64,000 nt of DNA, from positions 23,002,001 to 23,066,000 of the forward strand of contig OZ116703.1 of NCBI GenBank assembly GCA_964199315.1, in the 5' to 3' direction. Below are positions 59,729 through 64,000 of the stretch, one piece after another (position 1 is the stretch's first letter; the number at the start of each line of letters is the position of its first letter). The position numbers were made by a program, and so were the translations under genes. Origin of the DNA: Orbicella franksi. Lineage: Eukaryota. Under the pieces are notes generated by a model that had not been told where the DNA came from, did no database searches, and saw only the letters and a list, made by a program, of their open reading frames with translations.

Positions 59729-61867
59729 GTAATGAAAATTGTTATATCTCCTGTAGTGTGCTATGAGACGAAAACTATAAGACCTGATTGGCTACTCATT
59801 CTTGGTATGTAAACGAAAATCGACACTTTAAAATAAAACTAACCCAAACACAATTAAACGAAAAAGTGCCAATGTAAATTGAGCGAATTTGTCAAGAAAA
59901 CTGGTTAAAGCCGCACAAATTTAGGAAACTCTAGTACAAAACAATTAACGACGGCAAAACTAGAAACTGGCACTTTTGACTACTTTACTAACAATCAGTA
60001 TGGGAGGCAAGGGAGTAAACAGCTTAATTGAAAATGTGACGGCTTATCGTGCAAGTTGGATTGTCGAAGCTGTCTTGTGATTTAAATAAAATCAGATAGC
60101 GATTTTACGACGACAAAACTTTAGCATAGGAAGGGAAATTCTCAGTTTCGGGACCACGGTCACGGATTTGACCATTTATTACAAGGGCAAGATTTCCGTA
60201 TTGCCCCATGCATTTATTATGCATGCAGAATGATTAATTATGTATGCGCTCTATTGTTTTTGAAGACAATGGGAACTCCTTAAGGTATTGAATATATACA
60301 TTGATAATTACTACTTACTGTATGGATAAAAGAGGATTTCATTGCGCGCTGTTGCGTGTTGTCTTTTCGCCGATTCTCTTCTTCCTTTAGCTCCATTCTT
60401 CTCTCTTTTTCTTCTCCATATTACCCAGGCTCCTTGCGCATTTTTCTTTTTTGTCTTGTGCCCCTGCCGGTCTCGAACCACTTACCTTTAGCATACCTCT
60501 CGCTCACCAGTCTCTCTTCTATACCAACACACTACGAGGTTCAGTTGAGAATTACCCCTTGGAAAATCATTTTTATTTTACCTGACTCGTTAACATTCCA
60601 ATTACAATGAATTACAATTCACTTCTTCATCTGTTTAAGCATGTTTCACGCTGCACGAAAAGGCCTACTCTAGGACCTTACTGCGCCTTGCAATAACATG
60701 CGGACTCTAAAATTCAAAGCTCAACCTACAAATGCGTTTTTCGCTACCGTCAATCAAATGTTCGGCGGATCCTCCCAGCTTCCGACTATGTTGTCTGAAC
60801 TGTGCTCAACGATTTGATTTGATTACCGTCTTTATTAAATCCATTTTGAAATCACTTGTTATCGTTGCAATCTGATTGGCTCTCAGTGGTGCGATTTATT
60901 CACGAATCGCGCTATTTTTTTGCTCTAAATTACATCTTTTTCTCAGGCAATGAGAATGGGACAGTAAAACAAACCAACCAATCAGATTTCAAGATTAGTT
61001 TAAAGTAATCAATAAAATTTTAGGAAAATGAAGGGCAAAAAGCCACTGTGTGGAGAATTTTGCAACTACTATTGCCAGAACTTTGTTGTTATTGTAGCTT
61101 TTTTCCAAAAAAAATTGACGAATTTAATTAATTAGTTTCTGAATAACGATTATGAGCTCCTTTAGGCTGAAGACCTACTTTAATGGAAGTTCCCAACTTT
61201 CAGTGTCCATTTTGACGAATATTTTGGCGATTTTTCTTCAACATCTGTTCAAGATCCGTATGATACTGAGTCCAGTAAAACATAAACAAACGAAAACCAC
61301 ACACAACAAATTCAGAGCCATCTCAAGGAGGTAGATGTTTCAAGGTTTCCGGTAGTTTCAAACGAAGCAACAAAAGAGCTCAACTCTGTCGCTGTGAATA
61401 AACATAATCAAAATACGCTACACTGCAAAAAATAGTGAATGAACGAACGTCTTACGAAGCCGGTGCCAGTCCCGCCATCTTGGAAATATCTTAAAACAAA
61501 TGGCGCCGCAAGAACTTGACAAGGTCCTGAGTATTGAGTCCTACGCCAAGGTTACAAAAAGAAACGGAGATGATAAGGAGCTGGACCCCCTTAAAATCAT
61601 GCCATTAAACGGTATTTAAAAGAAGAAAAACGTACCATCCACTGGGCATCAGGATATGCACCTTCAAATTCCTTCTCCAAAGACAATGAAAAGTCTCAGC
61701 CTCAACCACAGAAGAAAGGAAGGCCTTCCATAATTGATTCAGGCGACGATAATTGACCTTTTATACCTGAAGTAGACTATTTCCGTTCTGACTTCAGATC
61801 AGAACACAGGCCGCCCAGACGTTGTATGCGATTAATACGTGACATTATGCTGTTGGCGATTGCGTTA

Positions 61868-62542
61868 CAATTTTAGCCGTTTATAAGACAATGTATGAGA
61901 ATGCTTCGAAAATTACGCTAAATGCTACGTGTAGAAAATAATTTGAATAAAATGGCTTACCTTATGTTTGCATTGCGTTGTTTTGATGTCTCTGGGTTCC
62001 TGGAGGTGGTTTAGAGCCATTTAGGCGAGTTTTACTTTCTGGCGGTTTGCTTCCCCTAAAGAGAAACGAAAGGCGGGCGACCCACTGGCCCGACGGCCCG
62101 CACTCAAAGCTCCGTAAATTCCACAAAAATGGTCTAATCTCGTCAAAATTGTCTCATGGCAGCCGTCGATAACTCTTCTTCCCATTCGCTTTCTCCCAAG
62201 TTTATCTTAACGGCCCGAGAATCGCTGGTTTTTCAGCTCTTGCTTTCCATTTCGGCTCCATTTCGATCCGTAACCGATTATCTTGGACACAGGATTTGAA
62301 TTTCTAGCTTAACGACCTCGCCATCGTGACAAAGTCACCTCCAACCGTCGAGAGGCACGGGGCATTTTTTGATCATGCAAACTGCACCGTGCCGCGGTGT
62401 ATAACTGAAATTAACGCCTAAAAGCACTATTAACTTGAAAAATACAAGGAGCAAACAATGTTCAGCTGAATTTAGCGCCTAAAAGCACTGTCAACTGCAG
62501 CGAGAGATGGCATCGAGTAACTGACCAATGCCCCGTGCCTCT

Positions 62543-62573
<31 letters not shown>

Positions 62574-63044
62574 GAGGTCGTTAAGCTAGAAATTCAAATC
62601 CTGTGCCCAAGATAATCGGTTACTTATCGAAATGGAGCCGAAATGTCGAGAAATGGAAAGCAAGAGCTGGAAAACCAGCGATTCTTGGGCGGTTAAGATA
62701 AACTTTGAAACCTTGGGAGAAAGCAAATGGGAAGAAGAGTTATCGACGGCTGCCATGAGACAATTTTGACGAGATTAGACCATTTTTGTGGAATTTACGG
62801 AGCTTTGAGTGCGGGCCGTCGGGCCAGTGGGTCGCCCGCCTTTCGTTTCTCTTTAGGGGAAGCAAACCGCCAGAAAGTAAAACTCGCCTAAATGGCTCTA
62901 AACCACCTCCAGGAACCCAGAGACATCAAAACAACGCAATGCAAACATAAGTTAAGCCATTTTATTCAAATTATTTTCTACACGTAGCATTTAGAGTAAT
63001 TTTCGAAGCATTCTCGTACATTGTCTTATAAACGGCTAAAATTG
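61868..63044. mobile_element. Foldback-type non-autonomous element with about 500-bp TIRs
   Basis: 61868-62365 is the near-exact reverse complement of 62527-63044. The spacer of about 160 bp has two CGCCTAAAAGCACT direct repeats. Confidence 0.85.
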
Positions 63045-64000
63045 ATTGCCGCGCGCTCGGCAGTAGTCGGACAAGTGATAGTTGATGAGGGCGCAGCCCA
63101 AGTCAATTATCACGCATAGAAATCGAGAGCGAATAATCAGTATCTAATTGTTTTAGTATAAATCTACTAGTCGTTCAAAACTTTACCGAAATCCTCTTCA
63201 CAGACACTTCGAAAACGCCAAGAAGCGGCCGTTATTTTGTTAGCAAGAGTACACTGCTACGCTACTCACTATCTATCACAGATTAGTAGAATTTTTCTAG
63301 TACACTAATGCAAATGCCGCAATCTGATTGGCTGAGTGACCGTACACTATCAGCCATTAATGTACAGTGGCTTGGGGGCGTCCACGAAATGGTGACGCCT
63401 TTTTCGTTTTTCCAAAGTTTTGAATAACATTTTGATGCAAATGGATAATAAAATTTCCGAGAAGCCTAAAAGCGGTTCATTTACGGTTTCTTGACTTTAA
63501 AAAACTTGCAATTATTAAAAAAAAGATGACGCGCGCGCGAACACAACTGCAATTTCAAATGACAATTCAGCCTTCGGCCTCATCAACTATCACCTCAGAA
63601 ATCTCGAGCTCATAATCTAATTGTTAATTAATGTTTAGTGGCTTGGTGTGGTCGATAAAATTTCAACCTTTCCTCGCTTCTCCGAAGTTTTGAAAGAACA
63701 TTTAAATACAAATGGATAATTAAATTCCTGAGAAGACTGAAAAAGTACATTCACGGTTTCTGGAATTTAAAAAAACTCGAATTTTTTGAAAGAAACTGAT
63801 AAGCTCGCACACAACTGAAAATGTCAAATTGAATACTCAGTCCGCGCGAATTCTCTAAAGCGAGAAGTTTAATATTAAGACCAGGAATATTTGGAATCGT
63901 TATTTGATGCAAATTTCACCTAGAATTCTACTAAAACAATTAGATTATTCGCTCTTGATTTCTATGTGGTGATAATCTAATTGTTAATTAGTATAAATCT

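Noticed and set aside
58997-59732. Cluster of short ORFs resembling each other (MAGYWP...)
   Set aside because: Derived from inverted copies of one MITE family.

Overview
AT-rich eukaryotic genomic DNA. Its repeat families and gene content resemble a stony coral or other cnidarian (inference). There are no prokaryotic operons, rRNA, tRNA or CRISPR arrays. The backbone is a minus-strand, intron-rich innate-immunity-type locus with two paralogous 276-bp Death-domain exons (8160-8435 and 43398-43673) and a TRADD-N-like exon (32206-32697). The two Death exons lie in an imperfect segmental duplication (copy A about 4.7-29.7 kb, copy B about 35.1-45.3 kb). Comparing A with B exposes the main finding, a 19.7-kb insertion at 9710-29438. 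It has 26-bp GG-starting TIRs and an 8-bp target-site duplication (ATAAGATA), and the empty site is intact in copy B at 44922-44929. It carries a decayed Merlin/IS1595 (ISXO2) DDE transposase arranged head-to-head with a three-exon P-loop NTPase gene (DUF3987/YfjI-like). The last intron of that gene is inflated to 8.4 kb by a nested TIR element holding telomere-like repeats and an apparently intact tyrosine-recombinase (DIRS-order, Ngaro/PAT-type) retrotransposon. A BEL/Pao LTR element with identical LTRs also sits inside the large element. Elsewhere there is a Penelope-like element with hammerhead ribozyme motifs and a 14-bp TSD, a KDZ transposase fragment, Tx1/L1 LINE relics, a hAT derivative, several MITEs and a foldback element with TIRs of about 500 bp. 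All domain calls come from motif recognition by eye, and no database searches were run.
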